Source of the DNA: Balanoglossus misakiensis | Lineage: Eukaryota > Animalia > Hemichordata | Direction: 5' to 3' | NCBI GenBank assembly: GCA_040954595.2 | Contig: CM082589.2 | Span: 5,701,186 to 5,765,185 of the forward strand | Length of the DNA stretch: 64,000 nt | Shown: positions 1 to 14,176 of the stretch, piece after piece | How the letters are laid out: the number at the start of each line of letters is the position of its first letter | How positions within the stretch are numbered: position 1 is the stretch's first letter | Made by a program: the position numbers and the translations under genes | The notes under the pieces: model-generated | What the model was told of the DNA's origin: nothing | The model's database searches: none | The model's input: only the letters and a program-made list of their open reading frames with translations

Positions 1-1427
1 ATATCTGCCCGGTATCGTATCTGGTGAATTCAAGAAAGAAAAAGTTTGTCAATCTGTATACGTCTATTATTACACACACAAAGAACGCTGTTACTGAGTG
101 CGTTTGGCGCGGTTCATTGCTGATGCATTTTATGCAACTGTGCATGGGATTGTATGAAATGAAATTGGTTCTCGCTGCAAAAGTTATACTGGCTCACAAT
201 TAAGACACACGGAAACGCCCCTCCCTTTCAGAATTTACAAAATAAGGTGACCTCAAACCCTCAGCCAGATCCGAAAATTAACATTTGCTGTAACTTTTGG
301 CTTTATTTCCAGAATTGTTGTGATGTATATCAAATGCAATTTCTTGTTCTGATCCAAACATCGTGCTAAGATATCGAGTGCATGTCAACATAGCCTGTAC
401 GTGTGTAACGACCATTATTATTGTTGACAAACGAATTCTAGTCCGGGCTTGAATATAAATTTTGCACAATAACAAAGCTGAAAATACACACATAGGTTGT
501 GTTGATAAGCTAAATACTGTGCATTTCATCAGTAATCAGAGAGTTGAACATGAAACTACAGTATATACACAAAACAAAAATACTGAAAACATAGTGAAAA
601 GTTACAGCTAATAGAGCTTTAAAGGTTGAAGATTTTTACTAATGCGTTCTCCTGAGAAACGTATTTTCCATGGTTCAGTATTAGGAAACCATGGTGATAT
701 TACTACCACGATTTATCCATTAAAATTGTTGTTATTCTGACACGTTGACAGGTGTTCCTCAATAAACATGTCAATTTTTTCGCATCATTACGTCAGTGTG
801 ATAAGTTTTCATTTTTTCTGCTCACGTTAATTGTTTTGAAGATCTGTGTGGAACGTTTCGCAGCTCGGCGGCAACACGATTTGCAACACCACGCGATCAC
901 ATAAGATTAGCGTCAAAAACACAATGTCTCAATATGACAACTGCAGATATCAAACTTATCGATGGCACCGAATGTTAGTTTTGATGAACTTTGAAATTAT
1001 CAAAAATGGAAAGACCAAACATGCATGCGTCACCTTCAGACTGTTCAACACGTCACTATGAAAAACCCAACAATCAGTCAATCGAACAAAACGTAGCCGT
1101 ATACATTTCTCGCAACTTCTCCGGAAATCAAGTGGATATACCCACAAATGTTTCCCTGTGTAATCGTTCACATAATTGTATATCTACAAGTTCTTTTCAG
1201 CAGCATCAACTCCGCTACTACATGTACTTCTAAACCCCACGCCGACCGTTCTGAAATTTCTAACTTTCGCCTACACTTTTTGCTGCACGCACTAACACGA
1301 CGGAAACAAATACGTGGGTTGTTGAAACAGGCCCACGTTTTGTGAATTACACTAAAACGAATAATATCAACAATGATGTTTGTTCATACACGATATAGCA
1401 AAGGAAGATTAAAAAACAATATTATGG

Positions 1428-1494
<67 letters not shown>

Positions 1495-1497
1495 ATA

Positions 1498-1576
<79 letters not shown>

Positions 1577-1632
1577 AACTCACCTGAAACGAGAATTACA
1601 AGTTGCTGCAACACAAGTAAACCAAGTCTCAT
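1..1632 (-). CDS. Partial gene (5' end) encoding a secreted or membrane protein with a signal peptide; continues off the left edge
   Basis: Exon 1 1632-1584 encodes MRLGLLVLQQLVILVS+G (hydrophobic, signal-peptide-like) and ends at a phase-1 GTGAGT donor. Exon 2 starts at 20 after the acceptor ttctttcttgaattcaccAG and continues in frame as DTIPGRY. Too little sequence is present to assign a family. Confidence 0.6.
278..622. mobile_element. Degenerate MITE with imperfect terminal inverted repeats, TTAA-flanked (Kolobok/piggyBac-like)
   Basis: The left end TTAAcatttgctgtaacttttggc... is an inverted match to the right end ...aaaagttacagctaatagagctTTAA. The same family end recurs at 3074-3165 (ttaaagggacattagctgtaactttt...) and in inverted form at 5862-5886. 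Confidence 0.55.
1428..1577. repeat. (TAAA)n microsatellite directly beside the first-intron donor
   Basis: About 150 bp of nearly perfect TAAA repeat. Confidence 0.97.
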
Positions 1633-1747
1633 GGCGAAAATAGTCTCTGGCGCACCACGCAAATCTTATGACTTATTCTGTTCTTGAGATATCAATTTTA
1701 AAGTCATTCGGCTAAACCATTCCTAAGGGTGTGGCAAATTCATGATC

Positions 1748-1795
1748 GGGAGGGGCGGGGGCGTGCCTTTCGTTCTGTCTCAATCCATGCCAATT
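1748..1795 (-). promoter_or_regulatory. Putative proximal promoter of the left-edge gene (GC box and CCAAT)
   Basis: GGGGCGGGGG at about 1752-1761 and CCAAT at about 1790, 120-160 bp upstream of the ATG at 1632. Confidence 0.35.
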
Positions 1796-2458
1796 GAGCT
1801 AATTCTGTGCGGTTAACGTATTTTTTTTGACGACGTTTCACACTAGTCCGCGGGCAAACAGGGGAAGAGCGATGAACATGGTTGTTTTTCACGATGCTTG
1901 AGAGACCAGCTCAACCCCCGCGCGCAACTTTCAACCGTCAAACAAGATCATTAGTGGTTCAGCTTACACCACTGATGACGAAAATGACAATGTCTCCCTT
2001 TGATGTGCATGCTGTCTGTTCGTCTGTTGGTTTATGAAAGCCCTACCGTGCTGCTATTTTTGCTTGATTTTCATTACTATAATTTCAAACTTGGAATGAT
2101 TCATTTAATTGAATGAGACGTAGACAAAAGTAGTACCAACCCCTGATTGGGGTTGTACATTGACATATGAACAATAAAAATAAATGGGTTCCGCATCCGT
2201 TTATTCACCCGCCCATTAAAAGAGTTTACAACTATTGTGGTATGCGCGCGCACATTGGTGCTGGACTCGCCACAAATTAAAAATGGCGTACTCTGCTTGG
2301 AGCGTATTGCTATAAACTATTGGAAATATGTGACCAAACTACAAAAGAAAATATTAAGTTATATATTATAAGTATTTTATCGATTAAAGCCCCTAAAATT
2401 GAAACAATGATGCGACAGCATATTTCTGGTTTACAACAGTCGTAGCAATGCACGCTCT

Positions 2459-2682
<224 letters not shown>

Positions 2683-3073
2683 TTTGTCTTGGACTATGAA
2701 CGAACAGATCCAGTGATATTACTGTAAATCATTTGGCCATGAATTTTGAACAACATCCGATACTTTTCCCTTGACATTTTAGATCACCATGGTAAAAGTG
2801 TAGTAGGCCTAAACTCACCCATTTACATCACATTTCAAGGAGTTCAGGAAATGACTCTGTATGAGTAGCCAATTTAATATAATTGCGTTAAAACACCTAC
2901 GCGCCAACAAGTACAGATTAAGTCGCCATTGACGACATCTACGTAAACGATACAACCTTGGCTCTATGATACCTGAGTGAAGGCTTAGATAAAAAAAAAA
3001 TCTAAAATTTGGACAAATAGGTTGATGATCCCATTGGATTAGGAACGTGTTGTATGTTGAGTGATTTTCAAGA

Positions 3074-3165
3074 ATTAAAGGGACATTAGCTGTAACTTTT
3101 GGCTTTATTTTCAATATTTTGTTCTGTGTATAAAATGCAATATCCTGCTCTACACCAAACAAAGT
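3074..3165. mobile_element. Terminus of the TTAA-flanked MITE/DNA transposon family also seen at 278-622
   Basis: Clearly similar to 278-365 (gctgtaacttttggctttattt...aaatgcaat...ccaaaca). Confidence 0.5.
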
Positions 3166-5889
3166 GTGTCGTTTTTATAAGAAAAAAATATAATCTAACA
3201 CGATTGGAACAACCTTTATATTAAGATAGTTTACATTTCACTGTAAGTTCTAATTGGTAATTTTTGTACAAACTGCAATCCTAATATTATTTGAATACTG
3301 AAAAGCGAGCAATTTGCATAGATGTCATCTAGTTTCACAGAATTCAGCGAATTTATGCGATATTTGTGGAAACCTTATAAAATAGCAAAATAATTACAAT
3401 TGTGTTATTTATGAATGTGTATTGACGATCGCCGCTGGTATACGCGAGTTTCGATAACTTTCGCGTAGCAAATGACTTTTCATGCATAACAAGAGATTTG
3501 CTCGAGAAATTCTGATTTATATATACATGTATTGATGGCCGCTGCCTATGGCTAAGTTATTTAATCAATTCTGTATACATATTTACAGAATGTGGGACAC
3601 GAATCTGCAGGCATTTCCGAAATCAATACCACGAGTCAATAACTGAACGTCAACATTGCGCTGGAACAGATAACTTCAGAAAACCACATCCGATCAGACG
3701 CTGCAACCTTTTCCGTTGAAACTCGCGGGGCGAAAATTGTTCTCTCAGTCTCGCTACACTGTGTCTTGGAGTTATTTTGTCTGCGTATCCGTTGCAGCTT
3801 CGCTGTTGTGTGGAGTGTTAACGTTCGACTGACGCCATGCATATAGAAAAAACTCTATACAAGAATCTACATAAAAATATACGAAAATTTTCAAGGTGGG
3901 ACTGTTATTTCTAGTTCACAAATCTCTGGCTTCATGTTTGCTTTACAAGCCTGTGACGTTTAACAGACGTCAAGCATGAACAGAAAAAACCCAGAGGGCA
4001 AACGCGAGCAATAAGACATTTGCACCTTTACCCTATTTCCGCCACGCTCTTGCATTTGACATAGGGAAATGAAAACAGCTATTTATAGCACTTACAGTTA
4101 TGTAACACCCGGTGTGGCGATAGTTTCCGCAAGTAATAGTCAGTTATGAGCTGAACATCAAATTTAAAACAGGCCATCTTTATATCCGTTCACGGCACCA
4201 ACTATTTACAATATTTACCTGTCCATTTGTTGGACTGTTGTGTTCATTCACATCGTCGCGATGCACATCAGTTCCCTACATGTCTAACATAAGACATGCA
4301 GATGGATAGAACGGTGTAGAAAATGAATCGAACGATGATTCGATTTGTTTTGTTTTGTTTTTCACAAATGGTGTCGTTCCATCCCCCCTAAACAAGCAGA
4401 GGTGAGTTTACTAGAAGGCATTGAACCTCAGCAAATGAACTCTTCCCAGCCCAACTTGACAATACTGTAATACTGCAATGTTAATGACCACAGTTTTCTT
4501 TTTCAGTTGCAGCCGCGTTTCAAGACCGCCCCGCTCACAGGCGATGAAAGTTTGTTTTGCAATATCCTTGATCTCTAAGTATGGAATAGGTTCAGGGAGA
4601 ACGTGCTTTCACACGAGACAGTGCCAAAATTAAACGCCGCCCCCTTTGTCAAATCATTTCCCCGCTAAACGGCCTTTGGATGTTTTCGAGATGCGGTGTT
4701 CCAACATCTAGGCACGTTCCTTGATCACACTGGAGGGGGGGGGGCGGTCAATGTTTTTCAGGGAAAGATAACATGTTATATAGTAAAATCAATACATGAA
4801 CAGTTTAAGTTTGCCAAGTTGACATGCCGTTATGCCCTTAGAGTGCCAGTTCGGCTGATGGAGACGGCAATGTAGCCTGTTTTCGTGAGTAGAACAACAT
4901 GCCGATTTCGGGGTGGGGGTGGTACTTCGCAAATTGACAGAACAAAAATACAATCTCATGAGAGCGCGTCGGTTTTGTCTGCCGCAACTATAAATCGTTA
5001 TGGATTAACATGGATTTTCGCAACTTACGGTGGCGGATTAAATTTACACACTTAAACCACCTTAAGCCAATGTCAATGAATGGCCTCCGTGAGGAAAACG
5101 TGACATTGTCAAAGATTTATCGGAGTACACGTTGCTGCACGGTAATGTGACTTCAGGCGGAGTGATACTTAACAACAAGGATGACACGTAGACGTGCCCG
5201 CTCGTGTCAGTACACAGCGGGTGCCGTATTTGCTACATGATCAGATGATGATAGCTCCACAATTTTATAGAAATTAAGCGCAGTTCCCAAGTGTATATAT
5301 TTCTGAAAGCTTTGACAGAGGGCCCAGGGGGAACAAATTATACGAGGCGCTCGTCATTAAAGAATATCCCTTGAACCATAGATTGGAAAAGTTCCACCGA
5401 CGGAAACATTTCCTGTCTTGGGGCTACAGTGAAATGATTTTCACTGCACAACATTTCTTTGGGGCTTTTCTATCATACAGCCCTTGCCGATTTCCGATGA
5501 CTACGCAGTTCCGTTTCGATGAAGATCGGCACGATTCTCGCTTTTATAACAATTCATTCTCTGTTGGTGAGTACAGGTATAGGCAAGGAAATGTAACCAC
5601 ACAGAAAATTGTGCTAGATTTTCATATCCGTAAACAACCCGTACAGCTCCGGGGTAGGTCTGTGACGTCAGTCTATGGTGATTCAAAAATGATTCAAGTA
5701 CTATTCTTAAGGTAGTGTTTAGATTTTTCCTCATATTTAGTTCAATGCACATGGTCTTCAAATTGAGCATAAAAAATCGAGGTCACAATTCAAAATACCC
5801 GTCAGTTATCTCATTTAAATGGACCATTCTAAGTTTGAATATAAAATTATGAAAATAGGGCAAACTGGCAGCTATTGGGGCTTTAAGAC

Positions 5890-6140
5890 CTGCGGCAAAC
5901 AGAACTGCCGCGGAAAATTCATCTACTTGGCTTCTGCTATGAGACACACCATTGCGCCCTCTGCATTCTAGTATATGTAAATACAAAAGTAATTTGCAGT
6001 ATTGACAGCGAGGGAGACATTATAATGTCCAAGCAAGATGGGATGAGATGCTTGAAAAAAAGACGATGAATGAAAAATAAATTCCAATTTAGTGACAACA
6101 ACAGCTAAAATGATCCGATAAACCAATTTGCAGTATGGTT
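5890..6140 (-). pseudogene. Degenerate genomic duplicate of SLC17A9 exon 8 (5' half) plus the upstream intron
   Basis: Aligns by eye with 22675 to about 22925 (ctg[c/t]ggcaaacagaactgccg...acttggctt...gacacac...ctgcattcta...aaaagtaattt...). The copy translates as ILEC...SQVDEFSAAVLFAA against TIEC...SQVDHFSTAVLFAT in the gene. It has two compensating 1-nt indels and the acceptor is changed from CAG to CAT. Confidence 0.85.
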
Positions 6141-6487
6141 GAATGTCAAGAAATTAATGAAATAAACCCAAAGATATCACATATGGTCTCGGTCAGTCAC
6201 AGGGCAGTGTCACTGTAAACATAATCAAACAATGAAATGCAATGCAGACAATGTGAGACAAACATTGAATACGAAAGCGTGATGATCGACAGCGTGGCAA
6301 CGTGGTTTGTGTTTGAAGTTGATAAATATGAGAGAAAAATAACTGATTAAACAAGAAGTATATCAACCTTCATCAATTTGGATCACAGTGTCTTTGACAT
6401 TATTTTAAAAATTTCATTATGTTTTGTGTCCATCGATTCGTACATTAACCTTTCCAGCAAATCACTACGCCATGACACATACAGTTA

Positions 6488-7299
6488 GGCTGCATTCACA
6501 AACACCTCTGGAGGGGGGGGGGCGGGAGAATTCAATTTTTTTTACCGCTAATTTTCACATGCCCCCCTTCCGAACTGCCAATATTTTCAAATCCCCCCCT
6601 TCCGAACTGCCAAAATTTTGAAATCCCCCCCCTCCCATTTTCTTTCACAGAGCAAAACACATCACCTATCTATCTTGTAAAAAGAAAAACAGCGCTCCCA
6701 TGAAAAGAATTTGAAACTGATGTTTCCCCTCATCAGTGGGTATTAAAACTGAACATTGTTTTTATTGTTTTTATTTTTTAAGTACATATATTTGTATTCT
6801 GTGTTGGGAGACATTGTACACCGAGAATTGAAGGGGGTGGGTTTGGGAGGGGGTGTCCCCCTCCCACGTAAGAAAATTTTCTAAAATACAGAGCTCAAAG
6901 CTGCATTTTAATGAACCCGGCAAAAGCAAATTAACTCAACTACCGGTATGTTGGGGAGGACAAATTTAACCGTCGGGGCTCAAAGTTATCATGGGTTGGG
7001 GCAAGTCCCCTGACCTGGGACACTAGATAAACCAGTAAATGATTGAAAGGTGTTGATGAATGGAGGGGGTGGGTGTGGGAGGGCGTGTCCCCCTCCCACA
7101 TGAGAAAATTTTGTAAAATAAAGGGCGCGAAACTGCATTTTTGTGGACTCAAAATAAATATTTAGTCGTTAAAGTTTTCAAGTCCCCCCCTTTCAGTCCC
7201 TAAATTATTTCAAATCCCCCCCCTCACATACACTCAATTTTTTCAAATCCCCCCTCAATTCTCCTGCCCCCCCCTCCAGAGGTGTTTGTGAATGCAGCC
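6488..7299. mobile_element. Non-autonomous DNA transposon (MITE), about 810 bp, with roughly 45-bp terminal inverted repeats
   Basis: ggctgcattcacaaacacctctggaggggg...gagaatt at the left is the reverse complement of aattctc...cctccagaggtgtttgtgaatgcagcc at the right; the flanks are GTTA and TTAA. Internal direct repeats lie at about 6845-6910 and 7075-7141. Confidence 0.85.
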
Positions 7300-7924
7300 T
7301 TAAGCCTTAAAAGTAGTTTGCTCCTCGAGGACAGGTTATGAAAAAGAAAACTTAGTTGTTCATCTTCATTTCATACAAATCACTACTTGAATTTTTCTTC
7401 CATAGAGCTAGTACTATCAAGTCTAACACAATCTCACTCTCGCCATCTCTCGATCAAAGCGTTGCATGGCGATTCCCCCCTCCCCTCCTCCGACTTTGTT
7501 AATCTAAAAGTTGCCTTGGGCAAAATATGACAAAACGTTTAAGACTGATCTTCGAGGTGCTGACTACCCCAAGACAGTTTATATTTTCTCCGAGGTTTTA
7601 TATTTAAGTTTTTATTTGTCACACCGTGACGTTTCGTATATTTTAATACAACGCCAGTCTTTTCAATGCCAATCTCACAAAGGTGCGGTATGTTATCGCT
7701 AAGAAGATGTCCCAATTAAATGGTTTTTCTCGAAGGTCGTCTGAATGCGATATGGATAGTTGTGTTGTCGGCCCTTTTGAACGCGACACGGACCAGTGAT
7801 GTTTCCGTCTTTGGTTCTGGAAAATCATCCCCATACATGTAAATGGTGCGCAAATGTAAAGAAAGCATTGTCTGAAAATAGAAATAGAAAAAAAATTGGG
7901 TTTCGATGAATACTCATTCCCAAG

Positions 7925-8120
7925 ACTGGACTTCATCACGGCGCAGTTGTTGACACGTCGAGATGATTTTGTTGTTGTTTTTTTCCCAACTTGAACTAAC
8001 AAATATTGACACGCTCAAAAGTTTCTGAAAACTGGACTTCGCCACAGCGCAGTTGTTGACACGTCAAGATGATTTTTTTGCTGTTTTTTCCCCAACTTGA
8101 ACTAACAAATATTGACAGAC
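7925..8120. repeat. Two-copy tandem duplication (about 105-bp period)
   Basis: actggacttc...gcgcagttgttgacacgtc...cccaacttgaactaacaaatattgaca occurs at about 7925 and about 8031. Confidence 0.85.
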
Positions 8121-8901
8121 TCGTCTACTGTATGACAGCGAAGTTTTCACACGATAAACAAATTCATTCAAAAGCGTTGATTTTGTGAACGTGTACATTT
8201 GGTTAAGTTGGAGTACGTGACCACGAGGCCTGATTCCCCCCGGTTACTCTGGTAACCAGGGGAATCATACAAAAATACACTAAACGAACATCGAAAAAAG
8301 TTTTGATGGCAATGTAATCTTCGATTTCAACGTTATTACATATTTTCAAATATGCTAATTCTAAGATTAAAACTCAAAATTAACATTAGAACTGGACAAA
8401 TGTACAAAATATATGAACATTAAACATAGTAATGTAGACACTACATATAGCACGGGCTTCGTGAAAAACACAGAAAGGCTATTTGTGTTTACTATGTACA
8501 TCGTTACCTGATTACCAGATACACAGTTTTTTTATTTATACAATAAAATAAGATAAAATAAAATAAAACTGAATTTATATTGCTATTTCCTACCAATAGA
8601 CTATTGATATCCATAGCGAGATGTATGAATACTCTTCCCAGACAAAAGTAAGGGAGGATAATATCTACTTCTTTTTAACTATATCACTCTCGAAAATAAG
8701 AATGCTGCAACGCTCAGAGGCACAATCGGGTCCAACAATGTATATTTGCGCATGCGCACGTGTGAAAGCGACATTGCGTGGGAGGAAACTTACAAACTTT
8801 TCTCCGATGACTTGTAAATTTAACACAACAAAATCTTGTAATTAAGTCTTAATTGAAACTAAATGGTTTTAGTAAGAATGTAAACCATAGGGTTAGACAT
8901 G

Positions 8902-8926
8902 GAGAGAGAGAAAGAGAGAGAGAGTA

Positions 8927-8960
<34 letters not shown>

Positions 8961-8961
8961 T

Positions 8962-9002
<41 letters not shown>

Positions 9003-9067
9003 TAAGAGAGAGAGAGAGAGTAAGAGAGAGGGGGGGGAGGGAGAGAGAGAGATAAAGAGAGAGAGAG
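8902..9067. repeat. (GA)n microsatellite with periodic GTAA/AA interruptions
   Basis: Directly visible. Confidence 0.95.
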
Positions 9068-9281
9068 GTCGTTTCAATGCAAGCGCAAGCTCCATTCAGA
9101 TTGAAGATTCCAAAGAATACATACAAAACGCTTCCACATGACACGACATAAACGTCACGTTCGTCCTTCTCCATGCAGTAAAGTGATGTGAACAACCTTT
9201 GCATCAAGTCATTGTCCACATGTCCTCGACCATCTTGCTCCTGCAAAATCTATCAATCTGATCATCTTTCTGATTTCGTTA

Positions 9282-9700
9282 TTGACAACATATCCGATGC
9301 GCCGAGGAAAGTTCCCGGCGTGCAGCAGGGATGTTGAACTATTTCACTACATTGTTCATGTTTTGACAATATATGCGAAGGAACTTTTGCTGGGCCAGTG
9401 TCGTCATCCCATTGCGACATCCGAGATTGTAGCGTTTAGCGGGAGATCTGACGACCGTTTGCGGTTGTCATGGGGAAAGTCACGACTATACTTTTTCTCT
9501 GTTGACAACATATCCGACGCGTCGAGAAAAGTTCGCAGCGGGGTGGTTTAACTCTTTCGTCGTATTGTTCATGTTTTGACTGTCTAGTCTTACGAAGGAA
9601 CTTTTTGCTTGTACCGTCACTGCGACACCCGATTGTAGCGTTTAGCGGGAGATCTGATGACGGTTTGCGCGGTTGTCATGGGGAAAGTCAAGACTTTTTC
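9282..9700. repeat. Two-copy diverged tandem duplication (about 210-220-bp unit)
   Basis: ttgacaacatatccga...attgttcatgttttgac...cgaaggaactttt...gattgtagcgtttagcgggagatctga...cggttgtcatgggga occurs twice, at about 9282 and about 9502. Confidence 0.85.
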
Positions 9701-11199
9701 CCCGTGAAATGTTAAACTTCGGAACAGATGAAATGTATTTAGTGCGTGGTAATTGTTTTCATAGAGCTCGCGTATACATTTGTTGAAACGTCTTTCGTAG
9801 GCGCATATTTCCTGTTGAATGATTTATAAGGCTGTATGTGTTATTCAGTTCATATGTAGGCCACGGTTAGTTTATATTTTTTATGTATGCCTATTTTTGT
9901 TCAAAACTGTACCAAGGCAAAATGAAAAGGATAACTTTTAAATGTGGTTTCTTTCATATAAGAAAGCGAAACCTTCTGAATGTGACCGCCGATAAATGTA
10001 TTCTCAGATATGCAAACGTGGCGTGGCCCACGTGCATGCAATCTGCTGGTAAGCGCTCTGACGAACGCACACAAAGGGCTGCGCTCGAAAATTCACCGAA
10101 TCGGAGAGAAGAGGAGCTACGTCCCACGTGTTCTGCATAAATTATGGGGACCAATGGGCTCAGCCCTAATAATTGAAAGACGATAAGACATGGCCAGTGT
10201 TTGTTAGATTTCTTAACACTAGAAGACCCTTTTCTGATGTGCAGCTCTCTCGAAAGTGAAAGAGTTTTAAACGCCAGAGTGATCAAGCGAACATACACAT
10301 TAAACGCTGCGGCTGTATGCGGTGAGCTTACCGAAGAAAGATTGGAAGACCGATATCCAAGCGACAGGTCAGACATTCTCTTATTTATCACATGCTTTAG
10401 TATGTTACTAGTAAACTGACTACCAATGGTAAAATATTATCTATTATAGGTAGTACACGCCTCATTGAAAGATTTTCAGGAAAAACAACTATAATCCTCC
10501 AAAGTTTTAATTCTTTACTAAGAGTGTGAGAGGAGTCCTTTTGGAAACAACGATGAAATGTAGGTGTTCAAGTTTTTTTTATAGGAATCACTACTTTAAA
10601 TTTTCTCCAAAGAGCTAAAACAGATCAGTGGCCACTTTCGATTTCAAATTTAAGACACTTTTGCCAACTCATTAAAAACATATCTCTAAATCTTAAGAGA
10701 GAATACATTTAAATAAAATATTTTTAAATGGGTCTTCAATTTCCGAGCGACTTTCAAATGGCGAGACAGCACTGAGTTGATGTTACAGTAATTAATACAA
10801 TCGGTGCCGATACTGCATGGCTATGACCTGCAAAATGCATGTGTAATTTATTTCAGCAGACAGACAGACAGACATCGCAGTGTCCTATCGTTCCTTCGAG
10901 ACCATTTCAGATGTATACTCAGACGTTGAGAGGCGTCAATGAAAATGCACTAAGCTACAGAACAATAATTTGTGGGATTCCAACAGACTGTCAGAGATTG
11001 CCTCTGTTGTGATTTCTCGGATCGTGTCGAGGTCATCATTTCAAGCCGACACTCGTCTGCATCTCTATATACACGACTCACGAAGACTTTCAAAAATCTT
11101 AATAGTCAAAGATTTCTATGAAACGGCATACACGCGTATGATAGTGCAGTACTGGGAATAGTCATTTACCACACCGTTCCTTGCATACCGACTAAATTG

Positions 11200-12200
11200 C
11201 AAGTGCCGCCGGGGAACTTTTCCGTTCGTCCGTCTACTCATATTATAACAGAAACGCTCCAAAGTTGGTTTGACAAATATTCTAAGTTGGTGGAAGCTCT
11301 AAGTGGTTTTCGGGGAAAAAAGAGAAATATATATTCCACTTATAAACATTCGCCTGTCTGTGCTTTCATAGACGTTGAAAAGGTTTTTCATAGGATTCCC
11401 CATTATTCATTATTTTATAAACTGGCAGAAAAGGTAAATTTTTACCATCCCTTTACTCTATGTATTCACGTGTTAAAGCTGGTGAGAACTCATCTGGAGG
11501 TATCGGTGATTTCTTTGAAAACAGTGCTAGTGTATATACAACAGGGATTTGTTATCGCTCCACGTTTTCTGTAGCACGCATATTACTATGTAGCGACTCC
11601 TTATTCGTCTACGTGATTTTTGCAAACGCTGGAATTACTGAATCCTGACAAAAACAAAATAATTGTGTTTCGCAAAGGAGGCTATAAAAACTGCGAAATG
11701 GTTCTGGAAAATAAAGGAAATTGAAGTTGAATCAAAACATGTACTTTCTCAAGTCCTCGCGTTCGGTATCATGCACAAAGATTTGCAGATCAAGCCAGGA
11801 AAGGGTTGTACAACCTTGAGAGCACTTATACCGATTGGATGGGCTTCCACTCAATATTGCATTCAATATATTTGACTGTAAGATATTCTCCTCTATGGGG
11901 ATACGAGACTGTGCCCAACACAAATTCTTTTAATTTTTAGTTGGTCTCAATGTGAACAAAACAAATTCTGCCGTGAGAGGAGAAATGGGAAGATATCTCT
12001 TACCCTGACACGGGAATTTTATTTTTTCCAATCAGAAGTTTTCAGCCTGAATGCTTTGAAAATGGTTACGATTGTTACAAATACCAGTATGATCGAGCAG
12101 AATACAGATCTGAACCGTTGGGTTTGATATTTAATTTTTTTATGTTTAAATATGGTTATGGTGACTTTTGGATAAATCATCACACAGTCAACTTTACTGA
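11200..12200 (+). mobile_element. Decayed LINE reverse-transcriptase fragment (L2/CR1/Crack/Daphne-like)
   Basis: Degenerate RT motifs in shifting frames: SGFRG, AFIDVEKVFHRIPHYSLFYKL (resembles FIDFxKAFDxVxHxxL), IQQGFVIAP (resembles GVxQGxxLSP), NPDKNKIIVFRKGG and NSAVRGEMGRY. Stops and frameshifts are present. Confidence 0.75.
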
Positions 12201-14176
12201 TTTATTGCAATCAGAAAATCCAAGCATCTTGGAAAATCTAGCATGACACGTCTTCCGTGCTATTAAACAGGCGTCAGCGTCTTCTTGGAGATGGAAACCA
12301 GAAATGTGATTTTACTTGCAGCCTCAATTGACTGTAACTCTTCGATATGAATATTGTACATTCAGGCCAGTGGCCTATAGTATATAACGAATGAAGAGTA
12401 TGATGAGGCGTCCGTTCTGCTGCCCAGGGCCATTTCTGAGACAAGCCAGGACCGATTTCAATCGAACTTCAAGTCGGTACAATGACAGCGTACCATGATG
12501 TACATATGGAAGTCAGTGTATTTAGTGATACAATCCAATATGGCCCCGAGGTAAACAGATATAGTCTTAGAATATTGCCTTTAAACGTATCTGTGGCTTA
12601 CTTCCATATAGAAGACCTGACAATGGTTTGCAGAGAACAACGGCGCACAGAGCAACACACTTGACGCATGCGTCGAGAGGCCAGCTCTTTGCATAGTTTA
12701 GTCAGTAATCTTTCATCAACATTTCCCCGAAATTTCGTCGGATTGAATTCGCAATTTTGCATTTCATTACATGCCTCGCTGTGAGCGCAAGCTCGATGCA
12801 AATAAGGCAACGTCCGGGAATGTGGCGGACCGGTGAACGTTATATTGACCGGTTGCCAAGGCTACCCGGTCTGACGACACCAGCCTGAACAACAGCAACC
12901 AGGACTAATGAAACAAACTGCTGAGTCTGCAGTTTTTAACCAGTGCGTTTTCTGTGGGTGAACACATTCAACAAAGTTTATCTCAAAATTGAGTACAGTA
13001 CCATTCAGTTTTATTCGGCCACTGAATGTAATTTCATTTGGCTGAGCTTTGTGTGAAACTTCATGAAAATGACAAAGTAGAAGTGAGTTTTCCAGCAAAA
13101 TAACAGACAAATAACTTTCTAAATTTCATGTTGATGTGGTTTAAAAAAAGTACCGGGGTTTTAAAAGGTTGTTTGACTAGACGCCGGAGAAAAAGGCTTC
13201 GCGCGACAGAATTATCTTAGCGTTTTCGTGCTTCAAGCCTTGCCCCTTTTTTCCAATACCGTCAACAATGGCATTTGCAAATATCCTTGGTGGTAAGAAA
13301 TCGTGCTTGGCTGGCTAGCTTCTCTTTCGCACGGTAGATTTTATGTTAACGTTTACGTCAAAAACTTTCCTACACGCGTGGCCTTTTAAAATATCCTCGA
13401 TCGTCAGTAAGAAATCGTGCTTGGCTCTTATACTCTTTGCGGATTGCTTGAAGGTGTTTTTGGAGACGTGCGGCAATGAAAGAGCAAGGACATGTTTGTT
13501 CGCCTTTTATACCTGAAAGACATTTGATTATGTTTTCACGTGTGGTTCCAAAACTTCCCTCTTTTCAGTCAACAAACAGCAAGGAGTGATAAACATGTAT
13601 TTCGGTAATAATTCAATGACAGAATTTACTTCTAATAATCAAGTTACGTTTACATGCAATTTGTAGTTACATCTCCGGTTGTATAATGTCGGGTGTAGTT
13701 TATTCCCCATACTCAAAAATAAGAGCATGCGCGCCTTGGGGGAGAGATGATAGTTCAGGAAAATATGATATTTCTTAAAATCTAACTATGGCGGATGACT
13801 CGGGCATCGTGGTTTGGTATCATTGCAATTGCCTCGAGCCACTTGCTGGAGTATAGTCTGCGCGCTGTCAAAGTAATAGCGGTTCCTTCTTAGTATCTCT
13901 GACAGAAGGACAAGAACATTAATTGCAGTAGCCGCTCCATTGCGGTTCCTAACTGTATACGATGCCAACGGATGATTTGCCGCCCGCTGCGAGATCTCAC
14001 GAGACTTGGTTATTTAACCACGAAGCGCTATGTGTTGTTTGTCCTGTGTCGCGCGAGTGTCCTCCCATATACACACTGTACATGTACTCTGATTAAATAA
14101 TAAATGAAATCTCCATAAATGACTTACACAAGCCAATTATCCTCGTCCCGACGTCTCTTTCCATTTGCAGTCAGAA

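Noticed and set aside
3074-5886. Single 2.8-kb transposon bounded by related TTAA ends
   Set aside because: The two ends match only loosely and no transposase is visible, so they may be separate insertions.
8859-9246. ER-rich and LS-rich ORFs
   Set aside because: Artefacts of the (GA)n repeat.
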